From NCBI GenBank assembly GCA_965224015.1, contig OZ245032.1, positions 1,516,354 through 1,580,353 on the forward strand: a DNA stretch of 64,000 bases. Reading direction: 5' to 3'. Each line of letters begins with the position of its first letter. The first letter of the stretch is position 1. The notes under the pieces were generated by a model. The model was not told the origin of the DNA. It made no database searches and saw only the letters and a list, made by a program, of their open reading frames with translations. This DNA comes from Hyphomicrobiales bacterium (GTDB taxonomy: Bacteria > Pseudomonadota > Alphaproteobacteria > Rhizobiales > CBDCVD01). Shown here in pieces: positions 54,840 to 64,000 of this stretch. The position numbers and the translations under genes are program-made.

Positions 54840-55281
54840 CATGTCGAACCAAGCCAGAACCGTTGTGGACTTTACCGTTGCTTATATCGTTATTTCGATA
54901 ATTCTAACCGTCGTCCTCATCGCACTGGATGCCATGTTCGGTTTAAATCCCGGTTCTGCGGCGGCGGTGGCCTCCCTTTTCGGGGCAGCCTACTGGGCCG
55001 GTGACCGGCATGTCGCACGCACCAACACACTACCCACAAGCCGCGAATGCTGGATGTTGGCTCTATATTTTTCTGCTGTGGTGAGCGTGATGAGCTTGGC
55101 TATCTTCTTTGCGCTTTTGGCTATTGGTGACATGGAGACATCCAATGTCGTGTCCGTATTGGGGGGGTCTGCCCTGACCATAGTATTGATTGCCGCCCTA
55201 ATCATTTGCTTTCTCATGCTGCGGTTTGTGTTTTCATTTTCCGCCAGGATGGCAATGAAGAATCGCTCCAAGGATGGCTAG
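54840..55281 (+). CDS. Hypothetical membrane protein (4 TM)
   Basis: Start at MSNQARTVVDFTV; hydrophobic segments throughout. The ORF track begins 32 nt earlier. Confidence 0.4.
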
Positions 55282-55405
55282 GTCGAGGATTAATGCACCG
55301 TCCAACTTTACTGGAAGCGTCCTTTCTTGGTGCCGCAGGCGCTTTGGCTGACACAATTGGCATTTTTATCTCGAAGGCCGATCGCGGGGTCGGTAGTCCG
55401 ATCTT

Positions 55406-55445
55406 ATACCAGCGGTATTGGCTTTAGATGCACGCCGCCTGGTAT
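55406..55445 (+). repeat. Mini or truncated MITE family A copy (40 bp)
   Basis: ataccagcggtattggctttagatgcacgccgcctggtat keeps both termini but lacks the middle. Confidence 0.55.
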
Positions 55446-55463
55446 AAATGGAAGTTTCCCAAT

Positions 55464-55823
55464 ATGACCAACCCACCCGCCCATGACGATCCCCTGACCC
55501 CAGAGCAGGAGCGTATCGTGCGCCGTATCAGGCGCCTTTCGTTTTTGAGTGCAGGCATTATGGTCTTGGGCCTGGCGGCGGTGTTTTCGGTGATCGCTTA
55601 CCGGCTTTACACCGCCGAGCCCTCCAGCGCACAGACGCCGTCACAGAAAGAACTTTCGCTGATTGCGGCAGTCCAACTGCCCAAGGGGGCCCAGCCTCTA
55701 AACGCCAGTCTGGACGGTCACAGGCTTGTGGTTACGGTAATGCTCGATAACGCTCTGCAGGTGATCGTCTATGACGCAGAGAACGGAACCGAACTCAACC
55801 GCGTGCGCATTCAAAGTCCCTGA
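55464..55823 (+). CDS. Hypothetical single-pass membrane protein
   Basis: MTNPPAHDDPLTPEQERIVRRIRRLSFLSAGIMVLGLAAVFSVIAY: TM, then a soluble domain. Confidence 0.35.
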   Translation: MTNPPAHDDPLTPEQERIVRRIRRLSFLSAGIMVLGLAAVFSVIAYRLYTAEPSSAQTPSQKELSLIAAVQLPKGAQPLNASLDGHRLVVTVMLDNALQVIVYDAENGTELNRVRIQSP

Positions 55824-55904
55824 TCTTCACAATGCGCATTGATGAGTATCAGGAATAATGATAAAAGGGTGAGTACGACAGGGCGATCCAGTTTTCTCGT
55901 CATA

Positions 55905-55980
55905 GCTCCCTTCGTCTAGTGGCCTAGGACGCCGGCCTCTCACGCCGGAAACAGGGGTTCGAGTCCCCTAGGGAGCGCCA
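55905..55980 (+). tRNA. tRNA-Glu (anticodon CUC)
   Basis: Cloverleaf: acceptor gctccct/agggagc, D-arm gtctagtggcctaggac, anticodon stem ccggc/gccgg with loop ctCTCac, T-arm aggggttcgagtcccct, encoded CCA. Closely resembles bacterial tRNA-Glu. Confidence 0.85.
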
Positions 55981-56118
55981 CGCGCCGGCCTTGATACCGA
56001 GGGGTTTTGCGTTTGACTCTTGCGCCCCAGGTTGAAAACCCTTGTCTTATCAGCACGATACAAGAAGGACACGTCTATTGACGACCTGGCCGGCCCCCTC
56101 CCCCTCTAGCGCGTAAGT

Positions 56119-56907
56119 TTACCGCGAGACCTTTTTGACCCATGCGCGCCAGGTTTTCTTGCTGCCGTTAAAGGCATTGAGATCCACATGCCCCTTAATG
56201 CCCTCAATCCTGCCCGTCCCCGAATATTGCCACAGCAGCCAGTTTTTAACGTCGTACTTTTTGCGCGGATGCGCTGTAACCGAACGTAGCCAGTAGTGAT
56301 GATCCTGAAACGCCCCTCGCAGGTTCGCCCGATAAAAATCCACCGTCGTGTAGATGATCGGTTTTTTGCCGTAGTGCTTTTCAATTATGTTCATGAAAAT
56401 CCGCATGCGCTTTAAGACCCCTTTACGCGGAGGTCTTTTTTTGCATGTGGGGGATTTGTGGTTCCACTCGATATCAAGAACCGGTGGCAGAGCCGCGGGG
56501 TCTCGGGGGACCTTGCTTATAAAGTAGCGCGCCTGGGTGGATGCGGGCGTGCAAAAATAATAAAAGTGATAGGCGCCACGCTTGACACCTGCCTTCTTGC
56601 TGTTGCGCCAGTTCTGGCGAAACTTCTCGTCATAGTGATCCCCGCCCTCGGTGGCCTTGATAAACGCGAACGTAACCCCGCGCCGTCTGGCGGTTTTCCA
56701 ATCAATATTGCCCTGGTATTTGGAAACGTCGATACCATGGACCGGAAAAGCTTTGGGTGAGGTCCCTGCAAATTTGACCGGATCCGCATCGCGAAAACGC
56801 GGAGCAAACACCTCCGCGGCCAGCGTTATGCCACTCCCGCTCAAAAGCAAAAGAGACGCCACAGCCGACGGCGCTGCAACAGGTATAAAAGACTTGATCA
56901 TACGCAA
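56119..56907 (-). CDS. Glycoside hydrolase family 25 lysozyme (muramidase) with a signal peptide
   Basis: GIDVSKYQGNIDWKTARRRGVTFAFIKATEG...YHFY are GH25 motifs. N-terminal signal MRMIKSFIPVAAPSAVASLLLLSGSGITLA. Confidence 0.75.
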   Translation of the reverse strand: MRMIKSFIPVAAPSAVASLLLLSGSGITLAAEVFAPRFRDADPVKFAGTSPKAFPVHGIDVSKYQGNIDWKTARRRGVTFAFIKATEGGDHYDEKFRQNWRNSKKAGVKRGAYHFYYFCTPASTQARYFISKVPRDPAALPPVLDIEWNHKSPTCKKRPPRKGVLKRMRIFMNIIEKHYGKKPIIYTTVDFYRANLRGAFQDHHYWLRSVTAHPRKKYDVKNWLLWQYSGTGRIEGIKGHVDLNAFNGSKKTWRAWVKKVSR

Positions 56908-57406
56908 TCCCTATTACTATTGCGACACGGCTACATAACAAGCCGCCCTGGCTACGGCTGTTAAACCCAAGACCCCATTCCGCGCCCTCAAGTGAACGCA
57001 AAAGAGAATATCGACGGCACCGGCATCGTCCTGCGCCGACGCCCGACAAAGCAAATATACCAGCAATGCGACATTTTCGTGCAATGCGGCTTCAGGCGTC
57101 TTGTAGGCTGCCCGTCATACCCATTCTCCCATAGGGTGCCGCCAGTGCAGGTGGCCCGCGCGGGGGAGCGGGCCGGCCAGATCGCAAATAGACGTTCCCA
57201 AGCGCACTTTACTGTGTTTATTTATCCTTAAAATAGTGTGTTTATTTATCCTTAAAATAGTGTGAATCATCGTTTATGAGGATCAAGACAGCGCTTCTTT
57301 GGGCACTTTCCTCATCATCGGTTTCTGTTAAAGTCGATTTCTGTTAAACTGGCCCACAAGTGGGTTGCTTTTCTTGCCAGTATCGACGGGAGGCGGGTTT
57401 CAAACC

Positions 57407-58408
57407 ATGAGCACGCATCGGTTTTTCTGCATTGATGCGCACACCTGTGGCAACCCGGTGCGCGTGGTGGTTGGGGGCGCACCGGCGCTTATTGCGGGCA
57501 CCATGAGCGCGCGCCGCCAGCATTTCATGGCGAACTTTGATTGGATACGCACGGGATTGATGTTTGAACCGCGCGGCCATGACATCATGTCGGGAACCGT
57601 TCTTTATGAGCCGCAACGCGAGGATTGCGATCTGGGCGTTCTTTTCATTGAGACCTCTGGCTGTTTGCCCATGTGCGGGCACGGGACCATCGGCACCGTC
57701 ACGGTGGCACTGCAGGAGGGGTTGGTTTACCCCAAGACCCCCGGCATACTCAGGCTGGATGCTCCCGCCGGTGTCATTGAGGCTGCATATGAACGCGCCG
57801 ACGACAAAACCATAGCCAGCGTGCGCATACGCAACGTTGCCTCATTCGTCTACGCAACAGGGGTTAGCGTTGACGTCGCCGGGCTCGGCCCTCTCGTCAT
57901 GGATATCGCCTATGGAGGCAACTTCTACGCCATTATTGAGCCTCAGACCCATTATGATGGCCTGGATTCACTTTCCATCTTCGATATCCAACGCCTTTCC
58001 CCACACATCCGTGACCTCTTGAACAAGAAACTAACCGTCGCCCACCCGCAAGACGCAAGCATCAATCGCGTGACCCACGTGCTATGGACCGGAAGGGCGA
58101 AAAGCCAAAAGGCTGACGCTCGCAACGCTGTGTTCTATGGCGAAAAAGCCATCGACCGTTCCCCCTGCGGTACCGGCACTTCAGCACGCATGGCGCAGCT
58201 CGTTGCCCGCGGTGACCTGAAAGTCGGCGATCATTTTGTCCATGAAAGCATTATCGGCTCCCTCTTCTACGGGCGCGTGGAGGCCGCAACAAAGGTGGGC
58301 TCGCAAGACGCCATCATCCCCAGTATCAAGGGCCAGGCTTGGGTCACCGGCTATAACACTATCGTTCTTGATGATCGAGACCCCTTTGTAAAGGGCTTTA
58401 CGGTTTAG
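57407..58408 (+). CDS. Proline racemase family enzyme (4-hydroxyproline 2-epimerase-like, two-Cys type)
   Basis: FFCIDAHTCGNPVRVV, catalytic Cys motifs MCGHGTIG and DRSPCGTGTSARMA. GGAGG RBS upstream of the ATG at 57407. Confidence 0.75.
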   Translation: MSTHRFFCIDAHTCGNPVRVVVGGAPALIAGTMSARRQHFMANFDWIRTGLMFEPRGHDIMSGTVLYEPQREDCDLGVLFIETSGCLPMCGHGTIGTVTVALQEGLVYPKTPGILRLDAPAGVIEAAYERADDKTIASVRIRNVASFVYATGVSVDVAGLGPLVMDIAYGGNFYAIIEPQTHYDGLDSLSIFDIQRLSPHIRDLLNKKLTVAHPQDASINRVTHVLWTGRAKSQKADARNAVFYGEKAIDRSPCGTGTSARMAQLVARGDLKVGDHFVHESIIGSLFYGRVEAATKVGSQDAIIPSIKGQAWVTGYNTIVLDDRDPFVKGFTV

Positions 58409-58574
58409 GATTTGTTGCAATCCCTGAAACGGGCCCACCTTGCCGCTTTGTTAATCCAACAATGTTAAACCCATATCCGTTCATCTGCAGCCAATGCAGT
58501 GTTTGTACGACCTGGAAACGTCTATTGATGACCTGGCCAGCCCGCTCCCCCTGGAGCGTGTCATGTTTTAATAG

Positions 58575-61139
58575 GTGCATGCCATGAGAAACGAAGCCGG
58601 GACCTCCCCCATCACCGACGGCAAAGCCACCGCCTCCGGCCCCTCATCGGACATCTACATGCAAATGATGTCGTTCCTTGAGATCCTGCCTGACGGCTAC
58701 GCGTTGTTTGACGCCGATGAACGCCTTGTGGCTATCACCAGGGCGTTCATGCATGTTTGCGAACTTCCCGAGCTGCCTGAAATCGGAACCTTCATTGAGG
58801 ACATGCTAAGCGAGGCGGCAAACAGAATAATCTGGGACATTACCCGGGGGAACGAAGAGGAATGGGTGCGCTCGCACCTTGCACAAATACGCTCTTCAGG
58901 CCGTGAACGGGAAGTGCAACTGCGCTCGGGGCGCTGGTTGCGCCTTGTTGATCGTCGCCTGGACGACGGCTTTACTTTATGTGTACGCACCGACATCACG
59001 GCCCTTAAAACCAGCGCACAGCGTTTGCGTCAGGCTATGGATGCCTCAATGAGCGCCCTCGTCATTATCAATGCGGCGGGGATTATCGAAGATTTCAATC
59101 CCGCCGCGGAGGCAATATTTGGATACAAACGGGACCAGGTGATCGGTGCCGTCATGAAGGAGCTTTTGATACCAGAGCGCTATCGCCAGGCTCACGAAGA
59201 TGGCATACAGCGCTACTTGCAAACGGGTAAGGCTAAGATCCTCGACAAACGTATTGAAATTGAGGCCATGCGTGCAGACGGCAGCGAGTTCCTGGCGGAG
59301 TTGACGATCAACCATGGCGCAGATCCCACGGGACCGATATTTTTTGGCTCGGTGCGCGACATCACAAAGCGAAAGCGCTCGGAAAATGCGCTCATTGCGG
59401 CAAAGGAAAAGGCGGAACATGCCAATCGGGCGCAGGCGGATTTTCTCGCCATGATGAGCCACGAAATCCGCACCCCCCTAAACGGCTTATTGGGTATCCT
59501 GAGCCTGCTGAAAGATAATGATCTTACAAACGAGCAGTTAAGTTACGTCAGGATTGGCGAACGCTCAGGCCAGGGACTGTTACGCATTATCAACGATATC
59601 CTCGACTACTCGAAGATCGAATCTGGAGAATTCAGCTTTCACGCGGTCCCTTTTGATCTTAATGATCTTGTTGCCGGGGTGATCGATATTATCTCCCCAA
59701 ATGCGCAGGAAAAGGGGCTGACGCTGGACTTCAGTATCGACAGCGATGAACGGATCTACCTTGAGGGAGACGAGGAGCGTTTGCGGCAAATCCTGGTCAA
59801 CCTTGCCGGCAATGCGGTCAAGTTTACCGATGAAGGATCTGTAACCATTCGCGTGCATCCCGATCATGCCGGACCTCAGAAGGTTCATCTCTTCTTTTCG
59901 GTCATTGATACCGGCATCGGCATTGACGACGGCAAAGCCAGCGACCTGTTCAAAAAGTTCTCCACCGCCTCGCCTTCCTATCAACAAAGAGAGGGCGGAA
60001 CAGGACTGGGGCTGGCCATTTGCAAGACATTGGTAACCGCAATGGGCGGCAAAATCGGCGTCCAGTCCAATCCCTCGGGCGGCTGTACGTTTTGGTTCAC
60101 GGTAACCCTGGACGCCTCGAACGAAAAGATCGTAAACGCCTCGGATGAGAGTCTGACCGATCGATCCCATATTCTTGCTGCCACGGACGGTGAAAAACTC
60201 AAAATCCTGATCGCCGAGGACAACACGACAAACGCCCTCATCGCACGCGTTATGCTCCAGGACGCAGGATACGAGATCCATGTTGTTGGCGATGGAGAAC
60301 AGGCTGTCGAGGCTGTTATGGGCGAGAACTTTGATCTTGTCTTGATGGATATCGGCATGCCGGGCGTGGACGGGGTTGAGGCGGCGGCCAGAATACGCAA
60401 ACTGCCCGGACGTAAAGCCAACATACCCATCATCGCTTTGACTGCCCATGTGTTAAAGGACCAGCGCATGTATACGATGATGCGTGACATGGATGACTAT
60501 ATCGCCAAGCCAATTCAGCGCGAGGCCATGTTGGTGACCGTGGCCAATTGGGCCCTTGGGTTGCGAACACGCACGGCCTATATCCAGCAGACCGAAGACC
60601 CCCGCACGGACCACGCGCAGATCGAAGCGGGCTCTCCTGCTCCACCGGATCCCGACACCGAAGACAGGCAGACAGCTCACGCGCGCATCAACACAGGTCC
60701 CCACCCCCCGCGCCAGAAACTGCGCACCCCTGGCGCCATGGACTACTCGTGCCGAAAGCTTCTTGACGGACAAGCGTTAAAGCGCCTGAGCGATGACACA
60801 TCACCAGAAATCGTGACGGAATTGATCAGCGACTTTCTGCATCACTCTCGTGAACGTCTGGATGCCATGTGCCAGGCGGTTCGCTCGGCATCTATCACAG
60901 GTGACACAGCAGATTTATGCCTGCATGCCCATGCCCTCAGTTCAAGTGCGGCCACTTTTGGGGCTTTGCGCCTGCACGCCTTGACAAGGGATATCGAGGC
61001 GGCGTGTATAGAAGGGGAGCGGGAGGTTGCGTTGGCGCTTGGAGACCTGATAGATCCGATCGGCAGTGCCTCTTTGCAGGTCTTAGAGCGTGTCAGGCAA
61101 ATTGCCCGCGAGCAAACCGCAGCAGCTAAACTGGCTTAA
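58575..61139 (+). CDS. Hybrid sensor histidine kinase (PAS/PAC - HisKA - HATPase - receiver - Hpt)
   Basis: H-box MSHEIRTPLNG, G-boxes (DTGIGI, GGTGLGLAICK), receiver ILIAEDNTTNALIARVMLQDAGY...MDIGMPGVDG, and C-terminal Hpt (LHAHALSSSAATFGA). Confidence 0.8.
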   Translation: MHAMRNEAGTSPITDGKATASGPSSDIYMQMMSFLEILPDGYALFDADERLVAITRAFMHVCELPELPEIGTFIEDMLSEAANRIIWDITRGNEEEWVRSHLAQIRSSGREREVQLRSGRWLRLVDRRLDDGFTLCVRTDITALKTSAQRLRQAMDASMSALVIINAAGIIEDFNPAAEAIFGYKRDQVIGAVMKELLIPERYRQAHEDGIQRYLQTGKAKILDKRIEIEAMRADGSEFLAELTINHGADPTGPIFFGSVRDITKRKRSENALIAAKEKAEHANRAQADFLAMMSHEIRTPLNGLLGILSLLKDNDLTNEQLSYVRIGERSGQGLLRIINDILDYSKIESGEFSFHAVPFDLNDLVAGVIDIISPNAQEKGLTLDFSIDSDERIYLEGDEERLRQILVNLAGNAVKFTDEGSVTIRVHPDHAGPQKVHLFFSVIDTGIGIDDGKASDLFKKFSTASPSYQQREGGTGLGLAICKTLVTAMGGKIGVQSNPSGGCTFWFTVTLDASNEKIVNASDESLTDRSHILAATDGEKLKILIAEDNTTNALIARVMLQDAGYEIHVVGDGEQAVEAVMGENFDLVLMDIGMPGVDGVEAAARIRKLPGRKANIPIIALTAHVLKDQRMYTMMRDMDDYIAKPIQREAMLVTVANWALGLRTRTAYIQQTEDPRTDHAQIEAGSPAPPDPDTEDRQTAHARINTGPHPPRQKLRTPGAMDYSCRKLLDGQALKRLSDDTSPEIVTELISDFLHHSRERLDAMCQAVRSASITGDTADLCLHAHALSSSAATFGALRLHALTRDIEAACIEGEREVALALGDLIDPIGSASLQVLERVRQIAREQTAAAKLA

Positions 61140-61189
61140 TACCAGCGGTGTGAGAGTTTTTCGCGGGGTTCGGCAACACAGACAAGAGC

Positions 61190-61335
61190 CTATAGCAAAA
61201 TGCGTTTAGTTGGAATCATGAGCATTTGCGTATTCTTCTCGCATTTTGCTATAGATTTAGAGGGCGATCAGCTTTATACGTTTAGTCGTCCCCATAGCAA
61301 AATGGGTACAACTCAACGTATGCTGATCTAACGTA
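61190..61335. repeat. Family B composite palindromic element overlapping the 3' end of hrcA
   Basis: ctatagcaaaatgcgtttagttggaatcatgagcatttgcgtattcttctcgcattttgctatag + agagggcgatcagctttatacg...ccatagcaaaatgggtaca. Confidence 0.65.
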
Positions 61336-62389
61336 TCAACTCGCTTACGACCTTTGCCGTGTAATCCACCAAAGGAATAATGCGGCCATAATTAATGCGT
61401 GTCGGGCCAATAACCCCGAGCACGCCGACGACATTACGCTTCTTGTCCGTATAGGGCGCAACAATCAAAGATGAGCCCGAAAGGGAAAACAGTTTGTTTT
61501 CCGAGCCGATAAACAACCGGACCCCCTCCCCAGCCTCAGCCAAATCGAGAAGCTGCATCAGCGAACGTTTGCTCTCGAGATCATCAAACAGCAAGCGGAT
61601 ACGCTCCAGATCCTCAAGGGCGCTCACATCGTCAAGCAGATTGGCCCGTCCTCTTATAATCAGTTGTTGCGGGCGCCCCTCCTCCGCCCCGGCCCAGGTC
61701 GCAAGGCCCGCCTCAATGGCGCGCTGGGTTAACTTGTCCAGCTCTGCCTCGCGCGCATTGCGCAAACGTCGTAACAACACCAGCGCTTCGTTGATCGTTT
61801 TCCCGGCCAACACCTTGTTGGCATAGTTCGACGCCTCAACCAGCGCCGACAGGGGCAGTCCAGAGGGCATATCGGCAATGCGATTTTCCACCGATCCATC
61901 CTCACCCACCAATACAACGAGCAACTTCCTGGCTTCAATTTGAACGAACTCTATATGTTTGAGGCGCAGATCACTCTTGCTGCTCAATACCAGCCCGGCG
62001 CCATGCGAGAGGCCCGACAGTGCCCGGCTCGCCTCATCCAGAACCGACTCAAGAGACTGCCTGGCGCCACCGGCCAGCTCCGCCGCGATGTGTTCACGCT
62101 CGCTGGAGTTCAGATTACCCACCTCAAGCATGGCATCGACAAACAGCCTCAGCCCCTGCTCGGTGGGCATGCGCCCGGCACTCGTATGCGGCGCATAGAT
62201 CAGGCCGCTGTCCTCCAGGTCAGCCATGACATTGCGGATCGAAGCCGGAGACAGGGTCGTTGTCAGGATACGGCTTAGATTGCGTGAGCCCATCGGCTCG
62301 CCGGTGCGCAAATAGCTCTCGACGATGGTACGGAAAATCTCTCGCGAGCGCTCGTTCAAGACAACAACTGAAAGAGAACTGTCGTTCAT
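61328..62389 (-). CDS. hrcA: Heat-inducible transcription repressor HrcA
   Basis: N-terminal winged-helix [30 protein letters not shown] and the conserved C-terminal region ([15 protein letters not shown]). Confidence 0.85.
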   Translation of the reverse strand: MNDSSLSVVVLNERSREIFRTIVESYLRTGEPMGSRNLSRILTTTLSPASIRNVMADLEDSGLIYAPHTSAGRMPTEQGLRLFVDAMLEVGNLNSSEREHIAAELAGGARQSLESVLDEASRALSGLSHGAGLVLSSKSDLRLKHIEFVQIEARKLLVVLVGEDGSVENRIADMPSGLPLSALVEASNYANKVLAGKTINEALVLLRRLRNAREAELDKLTQRAIEAGLATWAGAEEGRPQQLIIRGRANLLDDVSALEDLERIRLLFDDLESKRSLMQLLDLAEAGEGVRLFIGSENKLFSLSGSSLIVAPYTDKKRNVVGVLGVIGPTRINYGRIIPLVDYTAKVVSELIR

Positions 62390-62804
62390 ATCTCTAAAGT
62401 CCTGGTACGGCCAACCTGTCCGCAGGCGATAACGTTTCGCGACTAACGGATTGCGTCAACAGATCCATCATAAAGCCTAACCGGTCATTGTGACAATCCA
62501 AATGGCCCGTTGATCATGGATTTCACAAAGGAGATAATGCCAGCGGTATTGGCTTTTGTATACGCTGACTTGTAGGCATATCCATTAACGGGCATCTACC
62601 GGCCCGCGCCCTTGCATATCGTGCTGATAAGACAACAGTTTTCGAATTGGGCCAACTGTCAAACGCAAAGCTCCTTGGTATCAGTCCCTAACGACATCTT
62701 TTACAATAACAAGCAGGGGCAAATCTGCACTTTGCTTTTAGGTCAATTCATGCGACAAACTTGTGCAAAGAGATGCGGCTCTCTTGCAGTAACAAGATGC
62801 GATC

Positions 62805-63533
62805 ATGACCACCACTTATACCCGACCATCCGGTCGTGACTTTGCGCAGATGCGAAACGTGTCCCTGGAGCGTGGTGTAGCCAAACACGCTGAGGGTTCC
62901 TGCCTGGTTAAATGCGGTGATACCCATATTTTATGTACCGCTAGTGTGGAGACTCAGGTCCCCCGCTGGATGCGAGGGCTTGGCACGGGATGGGTGACAG
63001 CGGAATACAGTATGTTGCCACGCGCGACCCATCAGCGCACGCGACGCGAGGCGAGTATTGGCAAACAGTCCGGTCGCACCCAGGAAATTCAACGCCTTAT
63101 CGGTCGCAGCCTGCGCGCTGTTATTGATGTCAATAAAATTGCGGATATACAGATCACCCTCGACTGCGATGTCATACAGGCCGATGGAGGCACGCGAACC
63201 GCCGCCATAACAGGCGCGTGGGTGGCCTTGAGTGATTGCGTCGAATGGATGATGGAGCGCGATATGATCAAGGACAGCCCGCTCAAAGATCGGGTTGCCG
63301 CCATTTCCTGCGGCATCATCGCCAACACGCCAATACTTGACCTGGATTACGCGGAGGATTCCAGTGCAGATATTGATGCCAATTTCGTCATCACCGGCTC
63401 AGGCGACCTGGTTGAAGTGCAGTGCACGGCTGAAGGTAATCCGTTTTCCACCGACGATTTGCAACACCTGCTCGGTCTGGCGCAAGCCGGCACCACACGC
63501 TTGCTGGAATTGCAAGAGCTGGCCGTTGCTTAA
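62805..63533 (+). CDS. rph: Ribonuclease PH
   Basis: [29 protein letters not shown]...[26 protein letters not shown] are the canonical RNase PH motifs; divergent from hrcA, as is common. Confidence 0.85.
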   Translation: MTTTYTRPSGRDFAQMRNVSLERGVAKHAEGSCLVKCGDTHILCTASVETQVPRWMRGLGTGWVTAEYSMLPRATHQRTRREASIGKQSGRTQEIQRLIGRSLRAVIDVNKIADIQITLDCDVIQADGGTRTAAITGAWVALSDCVEWMMERDMIKDSPLKDRVAAISCGIIANTPILDLDYAEDSSADIDANFVITGSGDLVEVQCTAEGNPFSTDDLQHLLGLAQAGTTRLLELQELAVA

Positions 63534-63564
63534 CCCGGAAATCTGAAGCAAGAACAGAACTTTA

Positions 63565-63975
63565 TTACGATAATGATCGCAGGCAATCCAGCGCGCCTTG
63601 CAAAATAAATGCGGCGGCGCTCTTATCAATCCTTGATTTCCGCTTAGCCCGACTCATGTCGGCTGCAAGCATCGCCCGATCGGCGGCAACCGAAGAAAGT
63701 CGCTCGTCCCACAGCACCATTGGCACCTTCGCATATGTCGACAAATTACGCGCGAATGCGCGCGTGCTCTGGGCCCGTGGTCCCACACTGCCATCCATAT
63801 TGTAGGGCATGCCAATCACCAACGCAACAATCTCATGGGCATGGATAAGCGCCTCCAGATGGGCCGCATCGTCGGCAAACTTTGCCCGCCGCATAACATC
63901 TAAAGGCGTAGCAATGATTCGCCTCGTGTCAGACAGCGCCAACCCGATTGTCTTGCTGCCTACGTCAAGACCCAA
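63565..63975 (-). CDS. ruvX: Putative Holliday-junction resolvase-like protein RuvX/YqgF; the 5' end may extend toward the window edge
   Basis: GLDVGSKTIGLALSD N-terminal motif and a C-terminal SSVAAD...IDKSAAAFILQGALD, as in the YqgF family. Confidence 0.7.
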   Translation of the reverse strand: MGLDVGSKTIGLALSDTRRIIATPLDVMRRAKFADDAAHLEALIHAHEIVALVIGMPYNMDGSVGPRAQSTRAFARNLSTYAKVPMVLWDERLSSVAADRAMLAADMSRAKRKSRIDKSAAAFILQGALDCLRSLS

Positions 63976-64000
63976 AATCCGCCCCTGCTCAGGAATATGG

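Noticed and set aside
59580-60490. Antisense ORFs 59580..60449 and 59981..60490 inside the hybrid kinase
   Set aside because: They overlap canonical HisKA, HATPase and REC motifs on the plus strand.
62390-62804. Looked for a CIRCE element (TTAGCACTC-N9-GAGTGCTAA) in the hrcA-rph divergent region
   Set aside because: No match was found. In alphaproteobacteria hrcA is generally not CIRCE-autoregulated. Only a degenerate MITE A remnant is present.

Overview
This 64-kb window looks like an alphaproteobacterial (Rhizobiales-like) chromosome segment, about 55-57% GC, with conserved housekeeping genes and several intact-looking operons. It carries an unusually dense load of small non-autonomous repeats. 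Read from start to end:

- 3' end of deoD.
- A roughly 2,200-aa autotransporter adhesin gene on the minus strand, highly repetitive and split near its 5' end by an 861-bp IS5-family (IS427/IS711-like) element with perfect 20-bp inverted repeats and an A7G frameshift site.
- A PodJ-like polarity factor (coiled coil, TM, Sel1 repeats, peptidoglycan-binding domain) beside a proline-rich acidic protein.
- A merR-fadE-fadA-(Spy/CpxP-like)-fadB beta-oxidation operon.
- Kynureninase, an M20 amidohydrolase and a Liv-type ABC transporter, then a D-Ala-D-Ala carboxypeptidase and a zinc-type oxidoreductase.
- A repeat-rich spacer with two tandem degenerate tRNA-like sequences.
- An SPFH/band-7 protein with an extra N-terminal domain, then bdhA, rlmE, an AraC regulator and a YiiX-like permuted-papain protein.
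- ctrA and fliJ.
- A SoeABC-like three-subunit molybdoenzyme with no Tat signal, preceded by a roughly 270-bp element bounded by 30-45-bp inverted repeats.
- Rhomboid protease, CBS protein, and rpmA/rplU with repeat insertions in their spacer.
- A repeat-flanked two-gene module: a 55-aa membrane protein translationally coupled to a 67-aa XRE regulator.
- nagK-nagA, a TerC-family protein, tRNA-Glu(CUC), a GH25 lysozyme and a hydroxyproline epimerase.
- A PAS/HisKA/REC/Hpt hybrid kinase, hrcA, rph and the start of ruvX.

At least four small repeat families are present. The main one is a 103-bp MITE (ATACCAGCGGTAT...ACCCTTGGTAT) with 8 full copies, all in intergenic DNA, some touching gene ends. 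Product assignments rest on motif recognition in the supplied translations; no database search was possible.
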